Assembly (NCBI GenBank): GCA_016187125.1
Contig: JACPKF010000001.1
Location: 238,178 to 302,177 of the forward strand
Length of the DNA: 64,000 nt
Source: Candidatus Saccharimonadota bacterium
GTDB taxonomy: Bacteria > Patescibacteriota > Saccharimonadia > Saccharimonadales > UBA10212
Direction of reading: 5' to 3'
Of the stretch, positions 25,685 through 36,138 are shown one piece after another (position 1 is the first letter of the stretch; each line of letters opens with the position of its first letter). Under the pieces are notes generated by a model. That model made no database searches. It was given only the letters and a program-made list of their open reading frames with translations, and had not been told where the DNA came from. A program made the translations under genes and the position numbers.

Positions 25685-25806
25685 GCTTTATTAACCATTA
25701 CCCATTTACCATTAGCCAAATTATTTACCATTAGCCAATGATCAGACATTTTGGTAAATGCCAAATGACACTTAATTGGTAAATGTGAATTGTTAAATGA
25801 TAAATT
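25685..25806. repeat. long imperfect palindrome of TTACC/TTAGCC words (same family as 3158-3285)
   Basis: The left half is ttaaccattacccatttaccattagccaaattatttaccattagccaatg. The right half is ttggtaaatgccaaatg...aattggtaaatgtgaattgttaaatg. Confidence 0.6.
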
Positions 25807-25808
25807 CT

Positions 25809-26177
25809 TCATGCCTTACTTTCTATAATACGGCTTACCAGGAAGTTAACCAGTCCAACAATTATACCAGCAATAATTGCCACGCCAAGATTTTTGACAT
25901 ACAGCGGACTATATAGCCAGCTGGACAGCAAGATCAAAAAGCCGTTCAGGACCAACATAAAAAGTCCGAGGCTAAAAATAATGGCCGGAAAAGACAAAAT
26001 AACCAAAATCGGTTTGAGGGCCATGTTGACAAGCGCTAAAAAGAAGCCGGCGCCAACCACTGTCACCCAATCACTGCTCATATCCAAACGGCTTGGTCCT
26101 AAAAGCGCAGCGGCTACCCATAAACCAAGAGCCGACACTAGCCACCTGATCCCAAAGCCCAGTAAAAAAGGTCTCAT
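25809..26177 (-). CDS. phage-holin-4_2/DUF360-family membrane protein
   Basis: 122 aa, 4 TM helices. The N-terminal FGIRWLVSALGLWVAAALL is typical of the family. Confidence 0.6.
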   Translation of the reverse strand: MRPFLLGFGIRWLVSALGLWVAAALLGPSRLDMSSDWVTVVGAGFFLALVNMALKPILVILSFPAIIFSLGLFMLVLNGFLILLSSWLYSPLYVKNLGVAIIAGIIVGLVNFLVSRIIESKA

Positions 26178-26189
26178 CTTAAGCTCTAA

Positions 26190-27425
26190 TTATATCAATT
26201 TTCGTACAAGTGCTGCCGATAAGACTTTATTCCCTGTGTCTGTAATTAATATGTCGTCCTCAATCCTTATGCCTATTCCCTCCTCCGGAATATAAATACC
26301 CGGTTCAACCGTCAAAACCATGCCGGCGGCCAGCGGTTGGTGCCAACCCCGGCCATCATGCACGTCCAGACCCAAAAAGTGCGAAACCGAATGTGGCCAA
26401 TACTGTCTGACATTCTTGGCATTATTTTTCTTGATCAACCCAAGAGACAGAAGTTGATCGCCCATGAATTTGTCTATTTTTGCCGTGTAGTCTTCTAGGA
26501 CTGCGCCCGGTTTTAAAAGACTTATGGCAAATTTCTGGACACTTAGAACTGCGTCAAAAACCTCTTGTTGCCTGACGGAAGGTGTGGCCAAAGCAATTGT
26601 TCGGGTAATATCACTGGCGTAGTGGCTGACTTCAGCGCCAGCGTCAATCAGTACAAGATCCTTACTCCTAAGTTTATGATTATTGGAGTTGTAGTGCAGT
26701 ATGCAAGCGTTTGGTCCGCTTGCCGTAATAGTCGGAAAAGCCGGCCCGTTGGCTCCTCTTCTGCGAAAGCTGGCATCGAGATCTGCAGCTATTTGATATT
26801 CCCAGTCAAACTTCTGGCGACGAGCTAGTACCTCTTTAAATGAATCGACGGTAATATCAACAGCTTTTTGCAAGGCAGCTAATTCCGGTAGCTGTTTAAT
26901 GATTCTCATATTAGCTAATTGCTGACGAAGATCTATGAAAGCTATCTTTTTATTGATTGTTTTTATCCGGCGCCTCAGCCGCGCGGGAGCCGGATTGGTG
27001 TGAAAGCCCATCTGCCTGACATATGGCGGCGGGGGCAGTATGGTGCCAGCCTTCTTGGTCTTTTTGAGTATGCTCGCTAAGTGCAGCCAGCCGTCTTTAT
27101 TGTCCATAACCTGATTGATACCAGAAGTCTGGCTAAGAGCCAGCTTGTCTATAGCTCCATCAAAGATCACTCTGATTTTATCTCTCGGCGGCACTATCAA
27201 AAACTCATCAGTGCCATTGATTACCAAAACAGTGTCCGGTTCATCAATGCCGGTGAGATACCAAAAATTACTATTTTGCTTGAAAGGAAAGGTATTGTCA
27301 GCGCTACTTTGCAGTAGCCCATTAGCCGCAATAACAATCAAATCGGTGCCGGCTTTGACTGGCAACCGCCGGCGGTTACCTCTAAAGAAATCTGCATTAA
27401 ATTCCATGGCTTCTACTATACACAC
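26190..27425 (-). CDS. Xaa-Pro aminopeptidase (M24B)
   Basis: DAGAE...SDITRT, HSVSHFLGLDVHD, EPGIY and IRIEDD metal-ligand motifs. The start is a GTG at 27425 or an ATG at 27407. Confidence 0.85.
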   Translation of the reverse strand: MCIVEAMEFNADFFRGNRRRLPVKAGTDLIVIAANGLLQSSADNTFPFKQNSNFWYLTGIDEPDTVLVINGTDEFLIVPPRDKIRVIFDGAIDKLALSQTSGINQVMDNKDGWLHLASILKKTKKAGTILPPPPYVRQMGFHTNPAPARLRRRIKTINKKIAFIDLRQQLANMRIIKQLPELAALQKAVDITVDSFKEVLARRQKFDWEYQIAADLDASFRRRGANGPAFPTITASGPNACILHYNSNNHKLRSKDLVLIDAGAEVSHYASDITRTIALATPSVRQQEVFDAVLSVQKFAISLLKPGAVLEDYTAKIDKFMGDQLLSLGLIKKNNAKNVRQYWPHSVSHFLGLDVHDGRGWHQPLAAGMVLTVEPGIYIPEEGIGIRIEDDILITDTGNKVLSAALVRKLI

Positions 27426-27578
27426 GTTTCGCGCTTAGCCATTGATAGCAGATTGCCCCTGAGCGAGCGAAAGCTTTCAATCCGTGGGAAGCATAACTGT
27501 AGTTATGGTGAATGAGGAGTGGAAGCTTGTAGCCACTCAGGGGTGATCTGAGGCGATGGAAAAGCGCGAAACGCGTGT
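27421..27578. repeat. ~158-nt imperfect palindrome (long hairpin) between pepP-like gene and uvrC
   Basis: Terminal arms GTTTCGCGCTT / AAGCGCGAAAC, inner paired blocks CCCCTGAG / CTCAGGGG and AAGCTT, and an apical hairpin CATAACTGTAGTTATG. Confidence 0.6.
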
Positions 27579-27595
27579 CTATAGCAAGCTAGGTC

Positions 27596-29218
27596 TTAGA
27601 TTTTCTTATAAGAATCCAGATAGCCGCGCAGCAGTTTGGCCTTATGAGTACCGATTGAAAGAGCAATACTAGCTTCGGATGTCTGAGTAATTTCTTTGAC
27701 TGAGCCAAAAGTCTTGATCAGTTTCTTGCGGGTTACCGGGCCAAAGCCGGGTATTTCTTCCAGCATACTGGCAGTTTGCCGGTGCCGGCGGAGACTGCTG
27801 TGATAACTAAGCGCAAAACGATGCGATTCGTCCCGAATCCGCTGCAATAGTTTCACAAGATGAGAATTTTGTGACAGTTTAATAACCTTAAAACTGTTGA
27901 CTTCGTTCGGTTTGCGAACGATGATTTCTTCAAAACGTTTGGCAAGCCCGATCATTGGAATGTGACTACGGCCTCCATCATCTCGGGCTTTTAGGGCCGC
28001 CGCCAGTTGCCCTTTGCCGCCATCAATAAGTACTAAATCCGGCAAACCCCACTTTTTTATATTCCGGTCGCTAAAGCGACGATGGACAGCCTCGAACATA
28101 TGAGCAAAATCATCGTTACCGGCAAGTCGCATTTTAAACTTACGGTAAGCGGCTTTATATGGAAGACCGCTGGCAAATACCACCATACTGGCAGTTGTAT
28201 CACTTCCCTGAATATGACTGACATCAAACCCTTCTATCCGCCTCAGCTTGCGTAGCGGTCTGGCCTGCTGCCTGGCCGAGCTAGGCATGCCGCCAGACCT
28301 TACAGCGGATTGCGGCGTTGCAGGCTGTGCTGCTCCCTCATCGTATTGTTCTCCATACGCCTCAGTCCGCTGCTCGCCTGCGCCTTGCACTCCATCTGCA
28401 TACGCAAGCTGAGGTTCATTTTCGTAAAGTCCAAGTAATCCGGCCAGTTCTATTAGTGCCTGATCACGACTGGCTGCCTGGATTTCATGATCACCGAACA
28501 AAACTTGGCGGCTGAGAGCTTGAAGCGAAAATAGTTGATTGCGCAGCTTAGCGGCTTTTTCGAACTGTTCGGCTCGAGCCGCCTGTTTCATATCTTTTTC
28601 TATCTTTTTCATCAGCGCCACCCGATTGCCACGTAAATACTGCATTAACTTTCGAAGGTTTGCTCGGTAGTCGGTTAAACTTGTCCGGCCGTCTTCTAGG
28701 CCCGGATCTAGACCCAAGTGATAGTGCAGGCTGGAACGTTTTTGACCTACCGGTTTAGAAACGGCGTACGGGAAGGCTCGACGCAGATAACGCAGGGCTT
28801 TTTTGAGCGCCAAACTGTTGATATACGGCCCGAAATAGTCAGCGTCATCATCCAAAGGATGGCGGATAAGACTGACAGTCGGGTAATCACTTTTATAATT
28901 AATCCTCGCATAACTAAGGCTTTTGTCATCGCGCAGTAAAATGTTATAACGAGGCAGGTAGCGCCGGACCAGTTCGGCTTCTAAAAACAGAGCATCAACT
29001 TCGGTTTCAACCGGTGTCCAGTCAACATCAGCAATCTCGGCGATTAACAAATCAGTTTTGGGATCGCGGTAGCGGCTGGACTGGAAGTACTGCCGTACGC
29101 GGTTGAGCAAATTGGCGGCTTTGCCAATATAAATAATTTCACCGCTGGCGCTTTTATGAAAATAAACCCCCGGAGAGCTTGGTAATTTCTTTAGTTTCTT
29201 TTCCAACTTCACATTCAT
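27596..29218 (-). CDS. uvrC: excinuclease ABC subunit C
   Basis: GIY-YIG N-terminus (GVYFHKSASGEIIYIGKAANLLNRV), UVR motif (QFEKAAKLRNQL), RIEGFDVSH endonuclease domain and a C-terminal HhH. Confidence 0.9.
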   Translation of the reverse strand: MNVKLEKKLKKLPSSPGVYFHKSASGEIIYIGKAANLLNRVRQYFQSSRYRDPKTDLLIAEIADVDWTPVETEVDALFLEAELVRRYLPRYNILLRDDKSLSYARINYKSDYPTVSLIRHPLDDDADYFGPYINSLALKKALRYLRRAFPYAVSKPVGQKRSSLHYHLGLDPGLEDGRTSLTDYRANLRKLMQYLRGNRVALMKKIEKDMKQAARAEQFEKAAKLRNQLFSLQALSRQVLFGDHEIQAASRDQALIELAGLLGLYENEPQLAYADGVQGAGEQRTEAYGEQYDEGAAQPATPQSAVRSGGMPSSARQQARPLRKLRRIEGFDVSHIQGSDTTASMVVFASGLPYKAAYRKFKMRLAGNDDFAHMFEAVHRRFSDRNIKKWGLPDLVLIDGGKGQLAAALKARDDGGRSHIPMIGLAKRFEEIIVRKPNEVNSFKVIKLSQNSHLVKLLQRIRDESHRFALSYHSSLRRHRQTASMLEEIPGFGPVTRKKLIKTFGSVKEITQTSEASIALSIGTHKAKLLRGYLDSYKKI

Positions 29219-29255
29219 ACTTCTATTTTAACCTTTGGCATACGTGATCGGAATT

Positions 29256-29289
29256 CCTACTAAAATCAGCGATCGCTGATTTTAGTAGG
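29256..29289. repeat. 34-nt perfect palindrome CCTACTAAAATCAGCGATCGCTGATTTTAGTAGG
   Basis: Read directly from the sequence. Lies 38 nt upstream of the uvrC start, in the uvrC/ABC-exporter divergent region. Confidence 0.9.
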
Positions 29290-29671
29290 GGAGGTCACAA
29301 TCACAAAAAGTTTGGACAGATTAGCTTAAGGTGTTATACTTCCTGAATTATTAATGGTTTGCTCTCTCTTCATCGGGAAGAGAGCCCGAGCGTCGGATTT
29401 ATTCCGCCCATTCGACAAGCTCAGGGCGGCCTGAGCGGCAGTCGAAGGCCGCACCCGGCGCGATAATCGGGGTCCCCATGAAATTTATTTCATGGGGTAT
29501 GGTGAGAAACCCGCGATGCGAGGTGTCTCATAAGGCGAAGCCGCACTAACAGGGAGAAAGGAGTAATCAAATGTGTGCATCATCAGTCACGAGCCATTTA
29601 AGGGTTGCTTCTTTTGCAGCCTGTTAGCTCTTGTCAAGTAAAAAGTTTAAACTAAAAATAATCAAGTTAAA

Positions 29672-29692
29672 GCGCAGCAGGAGGCTGCGCCC
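29672..29692 (+). promoter_or_regulatory. 7-bp GC hairpin presenting the SD (AGGAG) in its loop, 2 nt before the ATG
   Basis: GCGCAGC-AGGAG-GCTGCGC-CC-ATG, read directly from the sequence. Confidence 0.5.
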
Positions 29693-31465
29693 ATGAAGTC
29701 AGATACTCCCCGAAAAACCCTTCGCCTCTATTGGCATTATTCCAAGCGCCATAAAAATTTACTACGGCGGTTTGCTCTACTATTTATTACCACCCAGTTC
29801 GCCTCAGATATTTTGGTACCACTGCTAGTAAGCAAAATCTTGACGAACTTAGCGGCTGGTAATTTTGCCGAGTTATCTTTCGACAAATTAACTCCGGTAA
29901 TTTTAATGATTATAGCTGCTGAGATATACCAGCTGATACTCTGGCGGACAGTAGTCCGCTGGGTATGGCAATTTGAAGAGAGGGTTATGCGCGATTTGAT
30001 TATGCGTGTCTTTGGCCACTTGACCAACATGAGCTACAACTTCTTCTCTAATCGCTTTGCTGGATCGCTGGTTTCACAAACCAACAAGTTCGTCAACTCC
30101 TTTGAACGACTATCGGACGCTTTGATTTGGAATGTTTATCCACTAATTATCAGCTTTATCTTCACTGTTATCATTCTATTGCCCAAAGCACCTCTAGTGG
30201 TTGCCGGTTTGGTTGTTTTTAGCTTTATTTTTGTACCTTTGGTTTGGTGGGCCCGCCGCCAGCAAATTCCTTTTAATGAGCGCTGGGCCAGCGATGATAC
30301 CAAAAGAACCGGCCAGCTAGCCGATAGCATTTCTAACATGATGGCAGTTAAGTCTTTTGGGGCAGAGGAACATGAGCGCCAGCTTATGATGGAGCGAGCT
30401 AACAACGTGTACTCACGTTCCATCGAAACAATGGTTATTGCTATGCGCCTAGAATATTACACTGCGACCGTCCAAAGAATGATCAATATTTCTGTCATAA
30501 TCACTTCAGTCTGGCTAGCGGTTCATCATGTGGCATCGGTTGGGATTGTATATCTATCTTTGACTTACACTTCGCAGATTTTGCGGCGGCTTTGGGACCT
30601 TGGCAATACTTTCCGCAACTTGACCCGCGTCTTCGGTGATGCCCGTGAGATGACCCAAATTTTGGAAATTGAGCCAGAGATAGAAGACAATCCTAACCCC
30701 GAAAAGGCCAGGATAAAAAACGGCCATATCAGTTTTAACGATGTTGTTTTTGGTTATGACAATCGAGGGTTAGTTCCATTATTTGAAAACTTATCGCTTG
30801 ATATTAAAGCTGGCGAAAAAGTTGGCTTGGTCGGCCATAGCGGCGGCGGCAAAACTACGATTACTAAACTGCTGCTGCGATTTTTAGATATCCAAAGCGG
30901 CTCGATTAGCATTGACGGCCAGGATATATCTAAGATTGCTCAACAGGACTTGCGCCGCCATATCGCTTACGTGCCGCAGGAGCCGCTACTTTTCCATCGC
31001 TCAATTGCCGACAATATCCGTTACGGCCGGCAGGCTGCTAGTGATGCCGATGTTGAAAAAGTAGCCAAAATGGCCCACGCTAGCGAATTTATTAAAGATT
31101 TACCGGACGGTTATGAAACGCTGGTTGGTGAGCGCGGCGTTAAACTTTCCGGCGGTCAAAAGCAGCGAATCGCCATTGCTCGGGCAATGATCAAAAACTC
31201 GCCGATTTTGATACTAGACGAAGCCACCAGCGCGCTGGACTCAGAAAGTGAGAAATTGATCCAGGACGCCTTGTGGAAACTAATGGAAGGGCGGACAGCT
31301 GTAGTTATCGCCCATCGCCTCAGCACCATCCAAAGAATGGATCGGATCGTGGTTTTGGAAGACGGTAAAATCGTCGAGCAAGGCTCGCATAAGGAACTGT
31401 TGGAAGCCAGCGGCGTTTACGCCAAACTCTGGGCCCACCAATCCGGCGGCTTCTTAGAGGACTAA
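29693..31465 (+). CDS. ABC exporter, fused permease/ATPase (MsbA-like type I)
   Basis: 590 aa. Six-TM N-terminal half, Walker A GHSGGGKTT, signature LSGGQKQRIAIAR, Walker B ILILDEATSALD. Confidence 0.9.
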   Translation: MKSDTPRKTLRLYWHYSKRHKNLLRRFALLFITTQFASDILVPLLVSKILTNLAAGNFAELSFDKLTPVILMIIAAEIYQLILWRTVVRWVWQFEERVMRDLIMRVFGHLTNMSYNFFSNRFAGSLVSQTNKFVNSFERLSDALIWNVYPLIISFIFTVIILLPKAPLVVAGLVVFSFIFVPLVWWARRQQIPFNERWASDDTKRTGQLADSISNMMAVKSFGAEEHERQLMMERANNVYSRSIETMVIAMRLEYYTATVQRMINISVIITSVWLAVHHVASVGIVYLSLTYTSQILRRLWDLGNTFRNLTRVFGDAREMTQILEIEPEIEDNPNPEKARIKNGHISFNDVVFGYDNRGLVPLFENLSLDIKAGEKVGLVGHSGGGKTTITKLLLRFLDIQSGSISIDGQDISKIAQQDLRRHIAYVPQEPLLFHRSIADNIRYGRQAASDADVEKVAKMAHASEFIKDLPDGYETLVGERGVKLSGGQKQRIAIARAMIKNSPILILDEATSALDSESEKLIQDALWKLMEGRTAVVIAHRLSTIQRMDRIVVLEDGKIVEQGSHKELLEASGVYAKLWAHQSGGFLED

Positions 31466-32200
31466 TTATTCTTTTGGAGTTTCTTTGTTAATAGCTTCTT
31501 TTTCATGGTCATCTGAAGGTTTGCTTTTTCCAACTTCGCCTTCAGGTTGCTCGGCTTCGGCGGCTTCTTCGCCTTCGGCTGCTTCAGCGGCTTGAGCGGC
31601 GGCGGCTTCGGCCTCAGCCGCTAGTTCTTCCTCGGAAATCAGAGCTTTAGTTTCAACCACCGTAGCTATGGGGTGATCGGCTTCAGCCAGCACCGTGACG
31701 CCTGCCGGAACTATCAAATCAGCTATGGTGATTTTATCGTGCAATTCGGCTAATTTTCCGGCGTCAGCTTTAAGCTCATCGGGCAAATCTTTGGGCAGAG
31801 CCTCCACATTAACGTGGTCAAGTTGATGAAGAACCATTAAACCGACTTTTTCGGCTGGGATCTCTCCTTCCAGATGGATTGGTACTTCGGCTTCGACTTT
31901 TTCATCGCGACGGATAGCCTGAAATACTACATGATCAATACGCCGTTTCACCGGATGGATATGAACATCTTTTATGAGCGCCAAGAAGTCCTGCTCACCA
32001 ACTTTGAGATTCAGCGGGTGGTGTTTGCCAGCTTCGTGGTAGATTTTGCCAAGTTCTAGCTCCGGCGCCATAACCAGAACTGACAGCTGACCATGATTAT
32101 GGATTACGCCCGGCACTAAACCATCCTTGCGCAGAGTGGCCAAATGCTTGCGCACAATTTCACGCTTTTGCAACGTTAAAGGCGCATCTAAGTTAGTCAC
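31466..32200 (-). CDS. rplY: 50S ribosomal protein L25/general stress protein Ctc with acidic C-terminal tail
   Basis: The LRKDGLVPGVIHN... N-domain is typical of L25/Ctc. The tail is rich in E/A. The stop abuts the exporter stop with 0 nt between them. Confidence 0.8.
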   Translation of the reverse strand: MTNLDAPLTLQKREIVRKHLATLRKDGLVPGVIHNHGQLSVLVMAPELELGKIYHEAGKHHPLNLKVGEQDFLALIKDVHIHPVKRRIDHVVFQAIRRDEKVEAEVPIHLEGEIPAEKVGLMVLHQLDHVNVEALPKDLPDELKADAGKLAELHDKITIADLIVPAGVTVLAEADHPIATVVETKALISEEELAAEAEAAAAQAAEAAEGEEAAEAEQPEGEVGKSKPSDDHEKEAINKETPKE

Positions 32201-32261
32201 CTATAGTTTCTCCATTTTCGCTTTAGCATCAATTATACCAGATATAAGATACAATGAAGAC

Positions 32262-32909
32262 ATGTTTAGCCCTGAGCACATTATTCAGACCGGCGGGCTG
32301 CTGATAATTGCTTTAATAGTTTTTGCCGAAAGCGGGCTGCTGATAGGAATCTTGCTGCCGGGTGATAGTTTGCTACTAGCCGCCGGCGTTTTTGCTGGTC
32401 ATGGTAAACTGCCGATAGTTTGGCTTATAGCCTCAATTATTATAGCCGCAATTATTGGTTATGAGTTAGGTTACAGCATCGGTAAAAAAATAGGGCCGCG
32501 GCTATTTAAACGCCATGACGGTTTTTTATTCCGTGAGGAATACCTTGGCCGGACGGAGCAGTTTTTCCAAAAATATGGCCCAATTACGGTTATAGCCGCC
32601 CGTTTTATTGCTCATGTCCGAACACTAGTGTCATTGATTGCCGGAGCTAGCAGTATGGATAGGCGCCGCTACTTTATTTATAACATCGTCGGCGCAGTGT
32701 TATGGGGCGGTGGTTTACCGCTTCTAGGTTACTACTTGGGGTCGAGAGTACCGAATATTGATAAATTTATTATTCTAGCGGTGGTGATAACACTAGTGGT
32801 CCTTTATTCCCTGACTCTGTGGCAGCTTATGAAAAACCCCTCACGCCGCCATAACTTAAAAACCGGTCTAAAAGCCGATTGGAATTATTTTTTCGGACGT
32901 AAAAAATAA
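32262..32909 (+). CDS. DedA-family membrane protein
   Basis: FAESGLLIGILLPGDSLLLAAG and GYELG...RF motifs. The ATG at 32262 follows a TACAAT box. The track ORF start at 32127 overlaps rplY. Confidence 0.8.
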   Translation: MFSPEHIIQTGGLLIIALIVFAESGLLIGILLPGDSLLLAAGVFAGHGKLPIVWLIASIIIAAIIGYELGYSIGKKIGPRLFKRHDGFLFREEYLGRTEQFFQKYGPITVIAARFIAHVRTLVSLIAGASSMDRRRYFIYNIVGAVLWGGGLPLLGYYLGSRVPNIDKFIILAVVITLVVLYSLTLWQLMKNPSRRHNLKTGLKADWNYFFGRKK

Positions 32910-32915
32910 CCCTAC

Positions 32916-33005
32916 TTGAAGAGGTCCGTCCTTGCAAAAAGCAAAGAGATTTTATGCAAAATCACTAGATTCTACCTATCTTTTTGCAAGGACGGACCTC
33001 TTCAA
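32916..33005. terminator. 26-bp perfect inverted repeat with 38-nt spacer between dedA-like gene and uvrA
   Basis: TTGAAGAGGTCCGTCCTTGCAAAAAG ... CTTTTTGCAAGGACGGACCTCTTCAA. The right arm contains the uvrA stop codon. Confidence 0.6.
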
Positions 33006-35857
33006 AGCATCTTAGCTAAGAATTGCCCGGTATAGCTAGCCTTTGTTTTGGCGATTTTTTCTGGTGGGCCTTCGGCAATTATTTGGCCACCGGCGTCACC
33101 GCCTTCGGGCCCCATGTCAATCACGTGATCGGCCGATTTAATCACGTCAAGGTTGTGTTCGATCACTATTAGGCTATTGCCAGCGTCGGCAAGAGCCTGC
33201 AGCACATGTAGTAGCTTGGCAACGTCGGCCATATGCAGGCCGGTAGTTGGCTCATCTAAGATATAAAGTGTCCGACCGGTTGGGCGCCGGCTAAGTTCGG
33301 TGGCCAACTTAACGCGCTGGGCTTCACCGCCGGACAGCGTGGTGGCTGGCTGGCCAAGCGTTATATAGCCTAACCCCACGTCCACCAAGGTCTGTAATTT
33401 CCGGGCGATTGTTGGAATGGCCGCAAAAAACTCTAAAGCCTGCTCGGTAGTCATGTCTAGGACACTATTTATGGTCTTGCCCTTGTAGTGAATTTCCAGA
33501 GCTTCCCGGTTATAGCGCTGACCGTGGCAGACTTCACAGGTTACATAAACATCCGGCAAAAAGTGCATCTCGATTTTGATTAGGCCGTCGCCGGCACAGT
33601 TTTCGCAGCGGCCGCCGCGGACATTAAAGCTGAAGCGACCGGGCGCATAGCCCCGCAATTTAGCTTCAGGTGTTGCCGCAAACAGCTCGCGAATAGGTGT
33701 AAATACGCCCGTATAGGTAGCCGGGTTGGAACGCGGCGTCCGACCAATAGGCGATTGGTCTATAACAATCGCTTTATCGAGTTGCTTGATGCCCTCAATA
33801 TCGTCATGCCGGCCCGGCGTAACTTGTGCCCTCATCAGCCTGGCGCTTAGTTCGCGGGCCAAAATGTCGTTGATTAGGCTGGACTTACCCGAGCCGCTGA
33901 CGCCACTGACTACCACCAGTTTGCCCAAGGGGATACTTACATCTATGTTCTTCAAATTGTTCTCACGGGCACCTTTTATGAGAAGCTGTTTACCGTTGCC
34001 CGAGCGGCGTTTCTTTGGTGTCGGAATAATTTTTTCTCCCCGTAAAAATTGGGCAGTAACACTGACTTTGACTTTAGCTACCTCGCCCGGTACACCGGTA
34101 GCCACGATTTTGCCGCCGTGAATACCGGCCCCCGGACCAATATCTACTAAGAAATCGGCGCTGCGAATAGTTTCCTCATCATGTTCAACCACTATTACGC
34201 TGTTGCCTAAATCTCTTAGCTGTCTAAGGGTGTTAAGCAAGCGTCTGTTGTCGCGTTGGTGCAGGCCAATGCTCGGTTCGTCCAAAACATACAGCACTCC
34301 TTGAAGCCCGGAGCCAATTTGAGTCGCCAAACGGATCCGCTGGGCTTCGCCGCCAGACAAACTGACAGCGCTGCGGGCCAAGTTAAGATAGTTAAGGCCG
34401 ACGTCTTGTAGAAACTTTAATCGGGCATTAATTTCTTTCAAAATTTGCTGAGCGATTTTAGTTTCGGTGGCGTCTAATTTAATAGTTTTGAAGAACTCCA
34501 GGGCTTTATCAATATCTAGTTCGCAAATATCCATAATATTACTTCTGGCAACTGTCACCGCCAAAACCTCGGGCTTCAGTCGCTTCCCGCCGCAACCGTG
34601 GCAAGGCTTCTCTTGCATAAATCGTTCTATATCACGCCGGATAAAATCGCTTTCGGTCTCTTTGTAGCGACGTTCTAAGTTGTAAACCACTCCCTCGTAA
34701 GTAGTGTTAAATGACCGGCCAACGCCCAGGCTGATTCTGTAGGTTTCACCGCCCGTACCATACAGGATTTTATCCAGTTGAGCAGCCTTTAACTCGCCTG
34801 TCGGTTGATGGATGCTAAAGCCATAGCGATCGGCTACAGCCTGCATTTTTTTCATATACCAGGCGTCGGTATTAATTCTATTGAAGGGGCGAATGGCGCC
34901 TTCGGCAATCGTCAGCCGGCCGTTGGGAACGACCAGTTCCGGGTCAACTTCCAGGCGGTTGCCCAGGCCAGTACAAACCGGGCAGGCACCGTGCGGGCTG
35001 TTAAAACTAAATGTCCTGGGCTCCAGCTCCGGAATTGCCACATCCGGATGATCGACACAAGCGTATTTTAATGAATAATGATACTCCTGCTCTTTGTGCG
35101 AGGTTAAACCTATCACATTGTTAAAGGCTACAACTGTTAGTAAGCCATCGGCCAGATCCAAGGCTTGCTCTACGCTTTGAGCTAGGCGCGTGCGGTTTTG
35201 TTGGTCATTAACCACACGATCAACCACAATTTCAATAGTGTGCTTGTAGTTTTTATCAAGTGTCGGAAACTCATCTAAGGCATAAATAATGCCGTCTACT
35301 CTAGCCCGGGCAAAGCCGGCCCGGGCAAATTGCTCTGGAATATGTTCGAAGGCGCCTTTTTTGTCTATTACTACGGGAGCAAGTATTATGATTTTACCAT
35401 CTTGAGTGGTCTTGATAACTTGATCCAAAATAGCGTTGCTTGTCTGACGGGTCACTGGCTTGGCACAAACCTGCTCGTCCGGCAGGCGGGCCGGACAATG
35501 TGCAATACCAATGCGGGCAAACAAAAGACGCAAATAGTCATAAATTTCGGTGACGGTTGCTACCGTGCTACGCGGATTGCGGCTGGCCGATTTTTGATCA
35601 ATACTGATGGCTGGGGAAAGACCGTCAATCTGGTCAACATCCGGTTTTTCCATAATCCCTAGAAATTGCCGAGCGTAAGCACTTAAAGACTCTACGTAAC
35701 GACGCTGGCCCTCGGCGTAAATTGTGTCAAAAGCCAGTGAAGATTTGCCCGAGCCCGACAGCCCGGTTATGACGACTAGTTTCTCGCGCGGAATCTCCAA
35801 AGAGATATTCTTTAAGTTATGCTCACGCGCTCCCCGAATACTAATAAACTCTGCCAT
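33002..35857 (-). CDS. uvrA: excinuclease ABC subunit A
   Basis: 951 aa. Two ABC modules ([22 protein letters not shown]), zinc-finger Cys motifs and two LSGGE signatures. Confidence 0.95.
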   Translation of the reverse strand: MAEFISIRGAREHNLKNISLEIPREKLVVITGLSGSGKSSLAFDTIYAEGQRRYVESLSAYARQFLGIMEKPDVDQIDGLSPAISIDQKSASRNPRSTVATVTEIYDYLRLLFARIGIAHCPARLPDEQVCAKPVTRQTSNAILDQVIKTTQDGKIIILAPVVIDKKGAFEHIPEQFARAGFARARVDGIIYALDEFPTLDKNYKHTIEIVVDRVVNDQQNRTRLAQSVEQALDLADGLLTVVAFNNVIGLTSHKEQEYHYSLKYACVDHPDVAIPELEPRTFSFNSPHGACPVCTGLGNRLEVDPELVVPNGRLTIAEGAIRPFNRINTDAWYMKKMQAVADRYGFSIHQPTGELKAAQLDKILYGTGGETYRISLGVGRSFNTTYEGVVYNLERRYKETESDFIRRDIERFMQEKPCHGCGGKRLKPEVLAVTVARSNIMDICELDIDKALEFFKTIKLDATETKIAQQILKEINARLKFLQDVGLNYLNLARSAVSLSGGEAQRIRLATQIGSGLQGVLYVLDEPSIGLHQRDNRRLLNTLRQLRDLGNSVIVVEHDEETIRSADFLVDIGPGAGIHGGKIVATGVPGEVAKVKVSVTAQFLRGEKIIPTPKKRRSGNGKQLLIKGARENNLKNIDVSIPLGKLVVVSGVSGSGKSSLINDILARELSARLMRAQVTPGRHDDIEGIKQLDKAIVIDQSPIGRTPRSNPATYTGVFTPIRELFAATPEAKLRGYAPGRFSFNVRGGRCENCAGDGLIKIEMHFLPDVYVTCEVCHGQRYNREALEIHYKGKTINSVLDMTTEQALEFFAAIPTIARKLQTLVDVGLGYITLGQPATTLSGGEAQRVKLATELSRRPTGRTLYILDEPTTGLHMADVAKLLHVLQALADAGNSLIVIEHNLDVIKSADHVIDMGPEGGDAGGQIIAEGPPEKIAKTKASYTGQFLAKML
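35095..35117. repeat. copy (21/23) of the 23-nt palindrome, in-frame in uvrA
   Basis: TGTGCGAGGTTAAACCTATCACA. Encodes VIGLTSH in the same frame as the ligA and mnmA copies. Confidence 0.85.
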
Positions 35858-35891
35858 TCAACCTCCAAAATTTTATAACAAGACGAACCCG

Positions 35892-35963
35892 CCCAGCACT
35901 AAAAAATCGAGTAATTTTATAAATAACCGTTTGTCCGGCTATTCTCGATTTTTAAGTGCTGGG
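35892..35963. repeat. 20-bp near-perfect inverted repeat with 32-nt spacer upstream of uvrA
   Basis: CCCAGCACTAAAAAATCGAG ... CTCGATTTTTAAGTGCTGGG, 35-105 nt upstream of the uvrA start. Confidence 0.7.
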
Positions 35964-36138
35964 ATTATACACAAATTTTCTCTTTTTTTCTAGTGTCTAA
36001 GGAGCCTACTTAAGTCTTAAGCATTAGCAATATAAAGATATTGCATATTTAGCAACTTAGTTGTAGAATGTAGACAAATCTTAAGTTTGGGGCCCATGCA
36101 AACTCGCCTCGGCGAGTTTAGGCGAGCGAAGTATAAAA

